Assembly (NCBI GenBank): GCA_964474085.1
Contig: CAYYRJ010000009.1
Span: 13,570-77,569 of the forward strand
From: an uncultured Planctomycetales bacterium
Lineage (GTDB): Bacteria > Omnitrophota > Gorgyraeia > Zapsychrales > JANLHA01
Direction: 5' to 3'
DNA: 64,000 bases
Translations under genes and position numbers: made by a program
Shown here: piece by piece, positions 27,960 to 38,914 of the stretch
Position numbering within the stretch: the stretch's first letter is position 1
How the letters are laid out: every line of letters starts with the position of its first letter
The notes under the pieces: generated by a model
Seen by the model: the letters and a program-made list of their open reading frames with translations, nothing else
What the model was told of the DNA's origin: nothing
The model's database searches: none

Positions 27960-30538
27960 GAACGTTTTGTCACCTCAAATTTCAAAACCCCTTTAAGCGC
28001 TGTCACAACAATATGGTCCTTCTCTTTAACCGATCCGTCCAAAAGCATAAGCGCAATCGGGTCCTGTACCATTTTTTGTATCGCACGATTTAAAGGCCGC
28101 GCGCCATAAACCGGATCATATCCGGCCTGCGCCAAAATTTCTTTCGCCTTCTCATCAAGTTCAATGGATATATTACGATCTGCCAAACGCAAAGCAAGGC
28201 TTTTTATCTGAATATCGACGATCCTGGTAATATCCTCCTGGGAGAGACGATTAAAAATAATCCGCTCGTCGATCCGGTTTAAAAATTCCGGGCGAAAAGA
28301 GCTTTTAAGCGCCTGGTCAATGCGACGGGCGATTTCTTTTTTGTCTTCAATGTCCGCAATCACCTCGGACCCAGTATTCGAGGTCATGATAATAATCGTA
28401 TTTTTGAAATTGACAATCCTCCCCTGCCCGTCGGTCAAACGCCCATCGTCTAAAATTTGCAACAGCGCGTTAAAAACATCACTGTGCGCTTTTTCGATCT
28501 CATCAAACAAAACAACCGCATACGGCCGACGGCGAACCGCTTCAGTCAACTGGCCGCCTTCTTCATACCCGACGTAACCCGGCGGCGCCCCGATCAACCG
28601 CGAGACACTGTGTTTTTCCATATATTCGCTCATATCGATGCGGATAACCGCCTGCTCATTGTCAAACAAAAACCACGCCAAAGATTTGGCCAGTTCAGTT
28701 TTTCCAACTCCCGTGGGGCCAACAAACAAAAAAGTCCCGATAGGACGATTGGGATTGCTTAAACCTGTGCGGCTGCGGCGAATCGCAGAAGCTATCAACT
28801 CAATGGCCTGATCCTGACCAACGACGCGGCCTTTGAGGACTTTTTCGATCGTGACGAGCTTTTCGGTTTCCCCTTGCATAAGCTTTGTGATCGGGATTTG
28901 AGTCCACTTTGAAACGATTTGCGCGATATCCTCCTCGTCGACTTCTTCCTTTAAGAGCAATCCTGTTTTTTGCAATCGCGAGAGCTCTTTATTTTGGACG
29001 ACAAGATCTTTTTCCAAATTAACCAAAAGCCCGTAGCGGATTTCCGCCACGCGGTCTAAATTACCGACCTTCTCAGCCTTGGCCTCTTCTAATTTTAAAG
29101 ACTCAATTTGCGACTTGATCGCGCGGATTTTATTGATGACATCCTTTTCCCCTTGCCAGCGCAGGCGCAATTTTTTGTTTTCATTCTTGAGCTCTTCTAA
29201 TTCACTTTCCAATTTTTTTAAACGCTCGACAGAAAGCTCGTCTTTTTCTTTTTTTAACGCCTGTCGCTCAATCTCCAGCTGGCGGATGCGCCGCTCATTA
29301 ACGTCGAGCTCTTGGGGCATGCTGTCGATTTCAATACGCAAACGGGACGCGGCTTCGTCAATCAAATCAATGGCCTTATCCGGCAAAAAACGTTCCGTAA
29401 TATAACGGTTGGACATCGTTGCCGCCGCAATCAAGGCCGAGTCCTGAATCCGTACGCCGTGATGCACTTCGTAACGTTCCTTAAGCCCGCGCAAAATCGC
29501 AATCGTGTCCTCCACGCTTGGTTCATTGACCATGACCGGTTGAAAACGCCTCTCGAGGGCCGAATCTTTTTCAATATATTTACGATATTCTTTAAGCGTT
29601 GTTGCTCCGATACAACGCAGCGCCCCGCGGGCTAAAGCCGGTTTGAGAAGATTCGAGGCGTCCATCGAGCCTTCGGAAGCGCCAGCGCCGACAATGGTGT
29701 GAAGCTCATCGATAAAAAGAATGACCTCGCCGCTTTTGGATTCAATTTCTTTAAGGACCGCCTTTAGACGCTCCTCGAACTCACCGCGGAATTTGGCTCC
29801 CGCCACCAATGCCCCCATATCCAGAGACATCACTTTTTTATTTTTAAGGCCTTCTGGCACGTCCTCCGAAAAAATCCGAAGGGCCAAACCTTCAGCAATG
29901 GCTGTTTTTCCGACACCCGGTTCGCCAATTAAAACCGGATTGTTCTTTGTCCGACGGGAAAGTACTTGAATCACGCGACGGATTTCTTCGTCGCGACCGA
30001 TCACGGGATCCAATTTTCCTTTGCTGGCTAAATCCGTCAAATCCCGCGCGTACTTTTGCAGGGCCTGATATTTTCCTTCGGCGTTAGCATCCGTCACGTT
30101 TTGTCCGCCGCGGATATTTTTTAGAATCTTCAAAAGGCCCTCTTCGTCAATGCCGTGACGATGTAATTCCTGGCTTACAGTTGTCTCCCGGTCCCGATAA
30201 AGAGCCAGCAAGATATGTTCCTGCGAGGTAAAATCGTCCTTCATTTGAGCGGCAATTTTTTGCGAGTCGGTTAGAATTTTATTTAAACGATTGGAAATAA
30301 ACGGGGCTTGACCTTCAACTTGCGGGAATTTTCGCATTTCACCGTCGAGAATATTTAACAGCCCCTTGGAGGAAATCCCGACCTGTTCTAAAATCGGGAC
30401 AACCAAGCCCTGCTCATCTTTTAACAGAGCGTAAGAAAGATGCCCCGGTTCAATCTGCTGATGATTGCGCTCTTGGGCAATTTGCAAAGCCGTCTGGATC
30501 GCTTCCTGGCTTTTGACCGTAAATTTATCAAACTGCAT
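27956..30538 (-). CDS. clpB: Chaperone ClpB (AAA+ disaggregase)
   Basis: Two AAA+ modules (GEPGVGKT and GPTGVGKT Walker A), a long middle coiled coil, 860 aa. Confidence 0.95.
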   Translation of the reverse strand: MQFDKFTVKSQEAIQTALQIAQERNHQQIEPGHLSYALLKDEQGLVVPILEQVGISSKGLLNILDGEMRKFPQVEGQAPFISNRLNKILTDSQKIAAQMKDDFTSQEHILLALYRDRETTVSQELHRHGIDEEGLLKILKNIRGGQNVTDANAEGKYQALQKYARDLTDLASKGKLDPVIGRDEEIRRVIQVLSRRTKNNPVLIGEPGVGKTAIAEGLALRIFSEDVPEGLKNKKVMSLDMGALVAGAKFRGEFEERLKAVLKEIESKSGEVILFIDELHTIVGAGASEGSMDASNLLKPALARGALRCIGATTLKEYRKYIEKDSALERRFQPVMVNEPSVEDTIAILRGLKERYEVHHGVRIQDSALIAAATMSNRYITERFLPDKAIDLIDEAASRLRIEIDSMPQELDVNERRIRQLEIERQALKKEKDELSVERLKKLESELEELKNENKKLRLRWQGEKDVINKIRAIKSQIESLKLEEAKAEKVGNLDRVAEIRYGLLVNLEKDLVVQNKELSRLQKTGLLLKEEVDEEDIAQIVSKWTQIPITKLMQGETEKLVTIEKVLKGRVVGQDQAIELIASAIRRSRTGLSNPNRPIGTFLFVGPTGVGKTELAKSLAWFLFDNEQAVIRIDMSEYMEKHSVSRLIGAPPGYVGYEEGGQLTEAVRRRPYAVVLFDEIEKAHSDVFNALLQILDDGRLTDGQGRIVNFKNTIIIMTSNTGSEVIADIEDKKEIARRIDQALKSSFRPEFLNRIDERIIFNRLSQEDITRIVDIQIKSLALRLADRNISIELDEKAKEILAQAGYDPVYGARPLNRAIQKMVQDPIALMLLDGSVKEKDHIVVTALKGVLKFEVTKRS

Positions 30539-30550
30539 AAAATTCTCCCT

Positions 30551-31831
30551 TCAAACTTTTAGACTAAATTTTTGCAATAGTCCTGCAAATTTTTTGGGCA
30601 ATGAAGCCGACAATCGCACCGCATCAGCGTCGTAGGCGATCGCATGGACATGCCCTTCTTTATGCGCAAGATTAACCAAGTCCATACGATCAAGCGGCAG
30701 CGCAACTTCTATGGTTTCCATCAAAGAAGCAAGCTGAAATTCAATTTCAGCTAACAAACCAGAAATATTTTCTGCGCTTAAGGCCGAAATTGCAACTGGA
30801 TTTTTAAACGACTGTTTGATTTGTGAAACAACGCTTCTGTCGCTTAACTGGTCGATCTTGTTTAAAACAGTAATCATTGGCTTGTCATGCGCGTCAAGCT
30901 CACGCAAGACCGCCATGACGGAATCATAAAGATTACGAAATTTTGGGTGGCTGACATCTAAAACATGAACAAGCAAATCCGCGCTGGCCGTTTCTTCCAG
31001 AGTTGCTTTAAACGATTCGATCAAATGGTGCGGCAATTCGTGCAAAAACCCGACGGTATCCGAAAGAATAATTTTTTGGTGATTGGGCAAAACCAATTGG
31101 CGCGACAAAGAATCCAGCGTTGTAAAAAGTCCATTGTGCGTCACCTGCCCGGCATGAGTCAGGGTGTTTAAAAGAGTGGATTTGCCTGCATTCGTGTAGC
31201 CTACAAGCGAAACAAGCGGCACCCCGTCGTCCTGGCGTTTTTTCCGCCGCAACAAACGGTCCTCACTCACATCTTTTAAATCGTGACGTAAACGATCCAC
31301 CCGTTCACGGATTTTGCGCCGGTCCATCTCAAGTTTTGTTTCGCCCGGGCCCATCGTGCCGATGCCGCCGCCTAAACGGGACATTTCAATTCCATGACCG
31401 ACTAAACGCGGCAAAAGGTATTCCAACTGCGCAAGCTCAACCTGCATTTTGCCTTCCTGGCTTTTGGCCCGTCGGGCAAAAATGTCTAAAATCAACTGCG
31501 TGCGGTCAATGACCTTTTTGCCAATCGCTTCTTCAAGATTACGCAATTGATTACCCTTTAAATCATGATTAATAATCACCGTGTTAATATCTTTGGCGAC
31601 GCACAGATCGGTAATTTCCTTGACCTTGCCTTCGCCTAAAAACAAACTCGGAGTAATCTGGTCAAGCCGGGTCAAAACTTTGTCGACGACAACGCCGTAA
31701 CAGGCGGTGACTAATTCTTCCATCTCAAGGGCCAAATCGTCAAACGTCCAATTGCTGCGCTCTGTTTTAAGCTGGACGACGACCAACAAAACTTTTTCGA
31801 GTGATTTCATATTTTCCTTAATATCCGCCAT
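30551..31831 (-). CDS. hflX: GTPase HflX
   Basis: GGIGTMGPGETKLE motif and G-domain GYTNAGKSTL. Start reset to ATG at 31829-31831; the ORF track used an upstream TTG. Confidence 0.9.
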   Translation of the reverse strand: MADIKENMKSLEKVLLVVVQLKTERSNWTFDDLALEMEELVTACYGVVVDKVLTRLDQITPSLFLGEGKVKEITDLCVAKDINTVIINHDLKGNQLRNLEEAIGKKVIDRTQLILDIFARRAKSQEGKMQVELAQLEYLLPRLVGHGIEMSRLGGGIGTMGPGETKLEMDRRKIRERVDRLRHDLKDVSEDRLLRRKKRQDDGVPLVSLVGYTNAGKSTLLNTLTHAGQVTHNGLFTTLDSLSRQLVLPNHQKIILSDTVGFLHELPHHLIESFKATLEETASADLLVHVLDVSHPKFRNLYDSVMAVLRELDAHDKPMITVLNKIDQLSDRSVVSQIKQSFKNPVAISALSAENISGLLAEIEFQLASLMETIEVALPLDRMDLVNLAHKEGHVHAIAYDADAVRLSASLPKKFAGLLQKFSLKV

Positions 31832-31940
31832 GTGCAAATTTTATTTACTGACTTGAGAAGTCCTTTTAAGGCGAATGGCGCCATAGAGGCGCAAAACAAT
31901 TGAGCCTAAAAGGACTTCCCAAGTCGGCTTAACTTGCACA
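31831..31940. repeat. Family-2 structured repeat, copy c
   Basis: Core ttttaaggcgaatggcgccatagaggcgcaaaacaattgagcctaaaa inside stem gacttgagaagtcctttt / aaaaggacttcccaagtc, extended by tgtgcaa...ttgcaca. Spans from the hflX ATG (31831) to the miaA stop. Confidence 0.8.
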
Positions 31941-32861
31941 TCGCGTTAATATATTTAATATTGGTCCGGCGAGATCTTCGGCGTTGTCTTTATCATCAGC
32001 CTCTAGCCAGTTAATCCGTTTATCCTTACGAAACCACGTCAATTGCCGTTTGGCCAAATTACGCGTATTTTTCTTTATCAATTCTTTTGCGGCCGCAAGA
32101 TCGTATTGACCGTTTAAATAGGCCAGAATTTCGCCCACGCCAATCATCCGGCTGGCGGTCAAACTCAATTTCCGGCCCCGGATTGCCTTAACTTCGTCAA
32201 CCAAACCGTCAGAAAACATTTTTTCGACACGCCTGTTGATCCGCTCATAGAGCTTTTCACGTTCCCGATCAAGTCCAAAAATCACGACGGGACAATGCCC
32301 CCAAAGTCCACAGCGTTTTTTTTGCAACTCTGATATCGGGATTTTTGTCGACTCAAAAACTTCCAAAGCCCGGACAATGCGCCGGCTGTCATTAGCATGA
32401 ATCTTGGATGCGGCCTGAGAGTCAATATTTTTTAACTGCTGATACAAAACGCCGGGGCCCTGTGTTGAGGCGATCTTTTGCAGCTTTTGGCGCAAATCCA
32501 TATCCACCCCTTGAGTTTCAAAAATCCCGTCGAGCAAAACCTGCACATACATCCCGCTACCTCCGACGACAAGAGGATGTTTTCCTTTTGCCATAATCGT
32601 GTCGATAGCCAAACGCGCCGCCTTATTAAACATCGCCACATCAAATTTTTCCTCAACACAAACAACATCCAACAAATGATGGGCAACACTTTTACGTTCA
32701 TCTAAGGAAGGCTTGCTCGTCGCAATCGAAATTTCTCGATAAACCTGCATCGAATCGCACGAAACAATTTCGCAAGGCAAATGACGCGCCAGCGCCAGGG
32801 CAACATCCGTTTTTCCGACCGCTGTTGCTCCGACTAAAAAAATTATGGTTTGGGGATTCAC
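31929..32861 (-). CDS. miaA: tRNA dimethylallyltransferase
   Basis: P-loop GATAVGKT and DSMQVY motif. Confidence 0.9.
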   Translation of the reverse strand: MNPQTIIFLVGATAVGKTDVALALARHLPCEIVSCDSMQVYREISIATSKPSLDERKSVAHHLLDVVCVEEKFDVAMFNKAARLAIDTIMAKGKHPLVVGGSGMYVQVLLDGIFETQGVDMDLRQKLQKIASTQGPGVLYQQLKNIDSQAASKIHANDSRRIVRALEVFESTKIPISELQKKRCGLWGHCPVVIFGLDREREKLYERINRRVEKMFSDGLVDEVKAIRGRKLSLTASRMIGVGEILAYLNGQYDLAAAKELIKKNTRNLAKRQLTWFRKDKRINWLEADDKDNAEDLAGPILNILTRCAS

Positions 32862-32867
32862 GCGTTG

Positions 32868-33641
32868 TTAAGGATAAATATGGGTAGGGTAACCCTGGTT
32901 GCTCAAATGCTCTTGCATACGGTTGGCTTCATTCAAACTTTTTAACTCTCCGACACGCACACGATAAAACACACGGCCCTCGTTGTCCTGTGTTTCGACA
33001 AGATAAGCGTACTCGCCTTTTTGCTTTAGCTCGTCGGCCAAAGCCATCGCCCGGTTTTGGTCAAGAAAAGAACCGACCTGAATAGCAAAATACCGCTTTT
33101 CTTCCAAGAGCTGACGCGCGCTGTGCGCTTCAAAACTTTTTGGAAAATCACGAATAATCTTTTTAAGATACCCTTGCGCTTTGTCCCAGCGAGAAAGTTT
33201 AAAATTAGCGCGGGCCAGCTTCAAATAAATGACGCTCAAAAATTCCGAATGCGGCCTCTTGGATAAAAACTGTTCGGACTGCCGCAGGTCCTCTTCAAAA
33301 TTTTGTTCCATCCCCAAAGAATCGATAATACCAAGCCATGCTTTGTCATACAGATTATCCGTCGGGGAAGAATGCAAAACATTCTCGAATTCGCTTCTGG
33401 CTTGTTGATAATGCGCCAATCCCAGCTGGCTAATTCCTAAATAATAGCGGACTTGTGCGATCTGAGGACTGGCAGGATTTTCGGCAATAAAGCTTTCGGC
33501 CAAAGTTTTTGCTTTTTCAAAATCTTTGTTCATGATCGCGGTTTCAATATCACTTTGCGCGGTAAAGCCGCACAACAAACAAAAACTCAGAAGCAAAAAG
33601 ACACTTAAAAGGGTGTGAGAATATAAAAACGATTTTCGCAT
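32868..33641 (-). CDS. TPR-repeat / SPOR-domain protein (septal peptidoglycan binding)
   Basis: Signal/TM N-terminus, TPR-like repeats, and a C-terminal SPOR domain (YAIQVGSF...YRVRVG). Confidence 0.65.
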   Translation of the reverse strand: MRKSFLYSHTLLSVFLLLSFCLLCGFTAQSDIETAIMNKDFEKAKTLAESFIAENPASPQIAQVRYYLGISQLGLAHYQQARSEFENVLHSSPTDNLYDKAWLGIIDSLGMEQNFEEDLRQSEQFLSKRPHSEFLSVIYLKLARANFKLSRWDKAQGYLKKIIRDFPKSFEAHSARQLLEEKRYFAIQVGSFLDQNRAMALADELKQKGEYAYLVETQDNEGRVFYRVRVGELKSLNEANRMQEHLSNQGYPTHIYP

Positions 33642-33717
33642 GCAGACATGATAACAAAAACAGGAGGGTTTATCTATGGGAATTTCATTAGAAAAAATCT
33701 TAAGCTTGTCGGGAACG

Positions 33718-33749
33718 TTTAAATTCAGGCCGCGCGGCCTGAATTTAAA
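33718..33749. terminator. Palindromic hairpin downstream of the metB-like gene
   Basis: tttaaattcaggccgcg/cgcggcctgaatttaaa forms a perfect 16-bp palindrome between convergently terminating transcription units. Confidence 0.45.
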
Positions 33750-33758
33750 GCAGAAAGA

Positions 33759-34901
33759 CTACTTTCCCTTAAGCCCGCTGGCAAGATCGTCAATCAGGTC
33801 TTTATAGTCTTCGATGCCGACTGAGACGCGAATCGTTTCACGCGTAATCCCCGAAGCTTTAAGCCCAGCCTCGCCCATCGAGGAGTGGCTCATCGACCAG
33901 GGATGTTCGATCAAAGACTCGACCCCGCCTAACGATTCGGCGAGAGAAAAAATTTTTAATTTCTTAAAAAACTTGTTGAGCTCAACTTTCTTCGTGTCCA
34001 GCTCAAAGGCGAGCATGCCACCAAAACCTTTCATCTGTTTGCGAATCAAGTCTTGCTGAGGATGGCTGATCAAACCAGGATAATAAACTTTCTTGACATT
34101 TTTGTGGCCTTCCAGGAATTTGGCAATGCTAAGTGCATTGGCCTGATGCGCTTGCATGCGGTAACTGATCGTTTTGACCCCGCGCAAAACCAGCCACGCG
34201 TCAAACGGCGATTCTGCCACACCCAAAGCATTAACCAAATAACGGATCCGCTCCCCAAGCGCCTTATCATTATAAACAATTGCGCCACCAACGACATCGC
34301 TATGGCCGTTAATATATTTTGTCGTCGAGTGCACAATCAAATCCGCGCCAAAATCAAATGGGCGCTGAAAATACGGCGACAAAAAAGTATTATCCACTGC
34401 CGTTAAAATCTTTTTGGACTTCGCAAGTTTAATCACAGCGTCAAGATCAACAATATTAAGCAAAGGATTCGACGGCGTTTCGATCCAGATCATTTTGGTC
34501 TTCGGTAAAATCGCTGACTTCACTTTAGCCAAATCGCGCATATTAACGAAAGAAAACGACAAGCCCATCTGCGGCAACACTTGGTTAAAAAGCCGATAGG
34601 TGCCGCCGTAAATATCGTCCCCCGTCACAATATGATCGCCGGCTTTGCACAGAAACAATGCGGCCGTGATCGCAGCCATCCCCGTTGCCGTCGCCGAACA
34701 ACCGATGCCGCCTTCCAAGCTGGCAATATTCTCTTCAAGCGCGCTGCGGGTGGGGTTGCCGCTTCGAGTATAATCGTAGCCTTTGTTTTTTCCCAAAGCG
34801 TCAAAATAAAAAGTTGAAGTCGGATAAATCGGGGTCGTGACCGAATTATAACTATTATCTTTATAAACGCCTGTATGAACAGATTGTGTGCGTATATCCA
34901 T
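33759..34901 (-). CDS. PLP-dependent transsulfuration enzyme (cystathionine gamma-synthase/lyase, MetB/MetC family)
   Basis: Cys/Met-metabolism PLP fold with the lysine motif HSTTKYINGHSDVVGG. Confidence 0.8.
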   Translation of the reverse strand: MDIRTQSVHTGVYKDNSYNSVTTPIYPTSTFYFDALGKNKGYDYTRSGNPTRSALEENIASLEGGIGCSATATGMAAITAALFLCKAGDHIVTGDDIYGGTYRLFNQVLPQMGLSFSFVNMRDLAKVKSAILPKTKMIWIETPSNPLLNIVDLDAVIKLAKSKKILTAVDNTFLSPYFQRPFDFGADLIVHSTTKYINGHSDVVGGAIVYNDKALGERIRYLVNALGVAESPFDAWLVLRGVKTISYRMQAHQANALSIAKFLEGHKNVKKVYYPGLISHPQQDLIRKQMKGFGGMLAFELDTKKVELNKFFKKLKIFSLAESLGGVESLIEHPWSMSHSSMGEAGLKASGITRETIRVSVGIEDYKDLIDDLASGLKGK

Positions 34902-34980
34902 GGTTTAGGATTCTCCTTGATTATTTTCTAACGCTAAAACTGTTAGACACGATAAACTGCTGACGAGGATTTGTCAATTG

Positions 34981-35114
34981 TGATCTTTTGTCGGTTGTTA
35001 ACAAAGCCTTCGTCGCTCGAACAGTCCTCGCTCTAGTCGCTTACTCTTATTGAAAACTTTAGGTAAGCGCCTAGGCTGCGGAACTCGCTTTGGAAGGCAT
35101 TGTTAACAACCGAC
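34981..35114. repeat. Family-3 long-hairpin repeat, copy a (subfamily 1)
   Basis: Arms ccttcgtcgctcgaacagtcctcgc and ggctgcggaactcgctttggaagg flank an inner stem gtcgcttac/gtaagcgcc. Outer stem tcggttgttaacaa/ttgttaacaaccga is unique to this copy. Confidence 0.8.
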
Positions 35115-35119
35115 CAGAT

Positions 35120-35794
35120 CTATTTATTTGCCACAAAAACAAAACCATTCGCCTTGCCGCTTAAAGGGTCTACTGCCCTAGACGTCATTTTTTCTTTTTC
35201 TTCGGGCAAGCATTCCTCTTCACATTTAGCCACCAATTTCCACGTCGGTTTTGAACGATGATGCACCTTGGCCAGCGGCTCCTGGCCTAAAAAACAGCCC
35301 TTGGCAAAAGAGACAAAATCGGTTTCGCTGACATTAAGAAGCATTTCATCTTTATAATCAACGCCCAAAAGGGCCATATTATTTTTCAGACGAAAACGGG
35401 TAAATTCCTCGTCGCTAACCGAAGCTGGCAAGTCGTCGGCTGTCAAAACAAGCTGACCGCACTTTTGCGCAATGACAAACTCCGTCGGACTTGGGCGATA
35501 CGAGCCTTCCAAATCAAAATAGACAAACAAATTCTCCTGGCTGAGCACTGTCTTGCTTAAACGGGCAAAACGTTCCAAATGCAAAAGAACTGCAGGCAAA
35601 AATGCCTCTTCGATAACCAGCAAAAACTTTTCATCGCTGACGCGGACTTGGTCAAAAGTGGCAATGATACGGCCATGAATATTAACAAAAGCGTTTTGCG
35701 GTTTATCGAGCGAATTTGTCGTTAACCCGTTTAAAAATGCTTGCGGGCAAGGCGCGACACTTAATACTTTTTTTGTTGTTTTATAAAGACGCAT
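35120..35794 (-). CDS. YgfZ/GcvT-like folate-binding Fe-S cluster assembly/repair protein
   Basis: C-terminal KGCFLGQE matches the K-G-C-[FY]-x-G-Q-E signature of the YgfZ (COG0354) family. Confidence 0.6.
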   Translation of the reverse strand: MRLYKTTKKVLSVAPCPQAFLNGLTTNSLDKPQNAFVNIHGRIIATFDQVRVSDEKFLLVIEEAFLPAVLLHLERFARLSKTVLSQENLFVYFDLEGSYRPSPTEFVIAQKCGQLVLTADDLPASVSDEEFTRFRLKNNMALLGVDYKDEMLLNVSETDFVSFAKGCFLGQEPLAKVHHRSKPTWKLVAKCEEECLPEEKEKMTSRAVDPLSGKANGFVFVANK

Positions 35795-36572
35795 TTATTT
35801 GACCACAGGCTTTTAGATAATCGCGAATAATCTGTTTATGGTCAAAAGCAAAGTTGTACTTTAAAATTTTATCCGCGCTGATAATCTGCGCGCCCTTAGC
35901 ATCATCGCCGGATCGCAGCGTGCCTTTTCCCTGTGCCACAAAAACGGTCGCAATCGTCTGAAAGCGCGGATCCCGGCAAGGGTCGGAATAGGTGTGAAAT
36001 TGTTTTAAATTTTTTAACTCTAAATTTGTTTCTTCTTTCGTCTCGCGCACTGCGGCATGTTCAAGCGATTCACCGTTATCGACAAACCCGCCGGGCAAAG
36101 CAAACCCAAACGGCGGATTGGTCCGTTCAATGACAACGAGGCCGCCTTTATAATGGATAATAATGTCCACCGTCGAGTAGGGGCCGCAGCTTAAATCTTC
36201 CTGTACATGGCGAATATACCCATAAACTTGGCTTTCAAATAAAAGCAAAGTCTGTTTGTCTTCAACGGCCAAAACCATTGTCTTGATCGCCCCCGGATAA
36301 GCACGGCAAAAACGCAAAATTTCCTGTGCCAAAATTTTAGCCACTGCGATAGGCGGAAATTCTTCCTTTATCCCTACAGCGGGAAAAACAACTTTTGTTT
36401 TTTTCTCTCTCTTAGCTTTAATAAAAATATTTCGAAACGCCCGGCGCAGCGAAAGCTCCGTTGGCTTTCCTTTTATTAATGTCGAAATAAAAGATGGGTC
36501 TTTTGGAAACTTGAGGGCATCAGCTAAAACAATCTTAAACTCCGTGGCTTTGACTAACACTTTTCTCTCCAA
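35781..36572 (-). CDS. NUDIX hydrolase with an N-terminal domain of unknown function
   Basis: Nudix box GGFVDNGESLEHAAVRETKEETNLEL in the C-terminal half. Confidence 0.7.
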   Translation of the reverse strand: MERKVLVKATEFKIVLADALKFPKDPSFISTLIKGKPTELSLRRAFRNIFIKAKREKKTKVVFPAVGIKEEFPPIAVAKILAQEILRFCRAYPGAIKTMVLAVEDKQTLLLFESQVYGYIRHVQEDLSCGPYSTVDIIIHYKGGLVVIERTNPPFGFALPGGFVDNGESLEHAAVRETKEETNLELKNLKQFHTYSDPCRDPRFQTIATVFVAQGKGTLRSGDDAKGAQIISADKILKYNFAFDHKQIIRDYLKACGQINASL

Positions 36573-37992
36573 TCTCCCGCGCTAAGGCCAACGCCTGCTC
36601 TTTGGTTTTTACTTTTCCTGTCGCTTGCGCTTCTTCGACGGCTTTGAGAATTTTCCCAAACAAAGCCGAAGGTTTAAGCTTTAACTTTTTGATCAAGTCG
36701 TTTCCGTCGATCAAACGGACAAACGGTTTTTCTTTTTTGGCCGCAAAAAAACGACGGATAATTTCCAGACAAATTTTTTGATGATGTTCTTCATCCTCTT
36801 TCGTCGACAAAACTCCGCGCGTCGAACGCTGGTCAGCCATGGACAAAAGCGCAATCGACGCGGCTTCTTCTTTGGTGTCCCTCAAATAACGAAACCACGC
36901 TTTGTCACTGGGATTTTTAAAATTCGACAAGTAGCCCGGACGCAAATGCCAAAGGACCATATCTTCTAAAATGATCCGCTCCTTAGTCGAAAGTTTAAGG
37001 AGCTTGGCAACAGAGCGCACGATACCTTTACCGACATGTTCGTGCCCATGAAAAGACATGCGGTCTTTTTCTTTTTTGCGTGTCGCGGGCTTTCCGATAT
37101 CATGCAAAAGTGCGGCAAGCTTTAGAATTCCCCGTCGAGTACGGGTCCCGGCTAAAGGCTCATTGAGATACTCAATAATTTCCAAATTATTTTTATGTTC
37201 TTCCAAAACCTTTTCTAATTGCACGACGGTTTCCAAAGAATGCGGCCAGACGTCAAGATGATGATACCCACCTTGGGTTATGCCATACATCACAGTGATC
37301 TGCGGAATCACTTTTTTTAAAAGCCCGATCTTATCTAAAAGCGCCAGATTTTCGGCAGCAGAAGGCGATTGCAAAACTTTAAAAAGTTCATCTAAAATCC
37401 GCTCCCGGGCAACTTGACCAAGCAAGTCAGCGTCTTTTTTAATTTGCCCTAAAGTTTTCGTTTCAACATTAAACCCCAACTGCGCACGCAAACTAAACGC
37501 GCGCAAAAGCCGCAAAGGGTCTTCCACAAATATTTTGTTCCCAACCATGCGAATCCGTCGGGCTTTAAGATCTTTGAGAGCTCCGCAAAAATCTCGGACA
37601 ACTTCCGTAAAATTCTCTAAAAGGTCAAGGTCGTTGAGTTTAACGGTTAATGTATTGAGCGTAAAATCGCGGTGCAAAATGTCGGCTTTAAGGGTTGGCG
37701 CACGAAAATCCGCAAAATCATAGGTGGAAATTTTGCCCTGTTGTTTTTTGACAACACGCCCGCAGCCGCGCTCTTTGTCGAGCAGAACAAACGCGCCCTT
37801 GATCTGTTTGGCAAAAGTTTTCGAAAACGAAACCGCATTTTTTGCTAGGGCAAAGTCAAAGTCTTGGCCAGTTTTACCGACGAGCGCATCGCGCAAAAAG
37901 CCGCCGACCAAAAAAAGATCAACATTCTTTTGGCGGGCGAGTTTTTGCAAAATTACCAAATGAGGATATTCGGCCAAAGTTGGCATAGGCAA
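36535..37992 (-). CDS. cca: CCA-adding tRNA nucleotidyltransferase / poly(A) polymerase family with HD domain
   Basis: Pol-beta head LFLVGGFLRDALVGK...DFDFAL and an HD motif HDIGK. Confidence 0.8.
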   Translation of the reverse strand: MPMPTLAEYPHLVILQKLARQKNVDLFLVGGFLRDALVGKTGQDFDFALAKNAVSFSKTFAKQIKGAFVLLDKERGCGRVVKKQQGKISTYDFADFRAPTLKADILHRDFTLNTLTVKLNDLDLLENFTEVVRDFCGALKDLKARRIRMVGNKIFVEDPLRLLRAFSLRAQLGFNVETKTLGQIKKDADLLGQVARERILDELFKVLQSPSAAENLALLDKIGLLKKVIPQITVMYGITQGGYHHLDVWPHSLETVVQLEKVLEEHKNNLEIIEYLNEPLAGTRTRRGILKLAALLHDIGKPATRKKEKDRMSFHGHEHVGKGIVRSVAKLLKLSTKERIILEDMVLWHLRPGYLSNFKNPSDKAWFRYLRDTKEEAASIALLSMADQRSTRGVLSTKEDEEHHQKICLEIIRRFFAAKKEKPFVRLIDGNDLIKKLKLKPSALFGKILKAVEEAQATGKVKTKEQALALAREIGEKSVSQSHGV

Positions 37993-37997
37993 GAAAA

Positions 37998-38408
37998 TTA
38001 TTCGGTAGCGCTAAAAATAGAAGCTTTCTTTAAAACTTCCTCGTCGACAAAAATCGGCGCTTTGGCACGCACGGCAAGGGCAACGCCATCGGAAGGACGG
38101 GCGTCCACGGTTTTTATCTTGCCGTCTTTGTCTTTTAAAAGGATCTTGGCATGAAAAGTGCTGTTAACTAATTTATCAATAACCAGCGAATCAACTTTTG
38201 CGCCCAAACTGTCGATCGACAAAAACAATAGATCATGCGTCATCGGACGGGGCGTTTCGACGTTGGAGAGTTTCATCTTGATGCTGGAGGCCTCCAAAAA
38301 ACCTATGACAATAGGAAATTGCCGCTCGCCGTCTTTTTCCTTAAGGACAATGATCTGGTCCTGTCGTTTTTCATCAATAATAATTTTGCTTAATTCGACT
38401 TGTATCAT
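37998..38408 (-). CDS. Bifunctional nuclease (BFN/DUF151) domain protein
   Basis: RPSDGVALAVRAKAPIFV motif typical of the DUF151 family. 136 aa. Confidence 0.6.
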   Translation of the reverse strand: MIQVELSKIIIDEKRQDQIIVLKEKDGERQFPIVIGFLEASSIKMKLSNVETPRPMTHDLLFLSIDSLGAKVDSLVIDKLVNSTFHAKILLKDKDGKIKTVDARPSDGVALAVRAKAPIFVDEEVLKKASIFSATE

Positions 38409-38412
38409 ATCT

Positions 38413-38895
38413 TTAAACTCCTTTTTTCTTTAAGGAGGATTTTTCACGCTCCAAAATAACCTTAAGTTCATTCATAAACTGATTGACGTCGCGAAACTGC
38501 CGATAGACAGAAGCAAAACGCACATAAGCAACTTCGTCGAGCGAAGCAAGCTTTTCCATAATAATTTCGCCGATGGCCGTCGCGCTGACTTCACGCTCGT
38601 ATTTTTTTTGTATCGTTCTTTCAATCTCAGCTGTGATTTGTTCAATCTTATCGACGCTAATCGGGCGCTTTTCGCAAGCCTTGACCAAACCGGCAATGAT
38701 TTTTGTCCGGTCAAACGCCTGTCTGCGGTTATCGCGTTTGATCACCATCAGCGGCACTTGCTCGATGTATTCGTAGGTCGTAAAACGCTTCTGGCATTTG
38801 AGGCATTCCCGACGCCGGCGGATAGATTTTCCTTCCGCGCACAAACGCGAATCAACGACCTTGGTTTCCTTATAATGACAGGCGGGACATTTCAT
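38413..38895 (-). CDS. nrdR: Transcriptional repressor NrdR
   Basis: N-terminal zinc ribbon MKCPACHYKETKVVDSR...CLKC plus an ATP-cone. Confidence 0.9.
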   Translation of the reverse strand: MKCPACHYKETKVVDSRLCAEGKSIRRRRECLKCQKRFTTYEYIEQVPLMVIKRDNRRQAFDRTKIIAGLVKACEKRPISVDKIEQITAEIERTIQKKYEREVSATAIGEIIMEKLASLDEVAYVRFASVYRQFRDVNQFMNELKVILEREKSSLKKKGV

Positions 38896-38914
38896 TGCTG
38901 TTCTCGTTTCTAAT

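Noticed and set aside
23052-29969. Numerous 60-180-aa ORFs antisense to dnaJ, dnaK, clpB, purL, lptD and others (e.g. 23052..23564, 28457..28762, 3137..3673)
   Set aside because: They lie fully inside well-supported conserved genes on the opposite strand and show low-complexity composition. They are standard spurious antisense ORFs.
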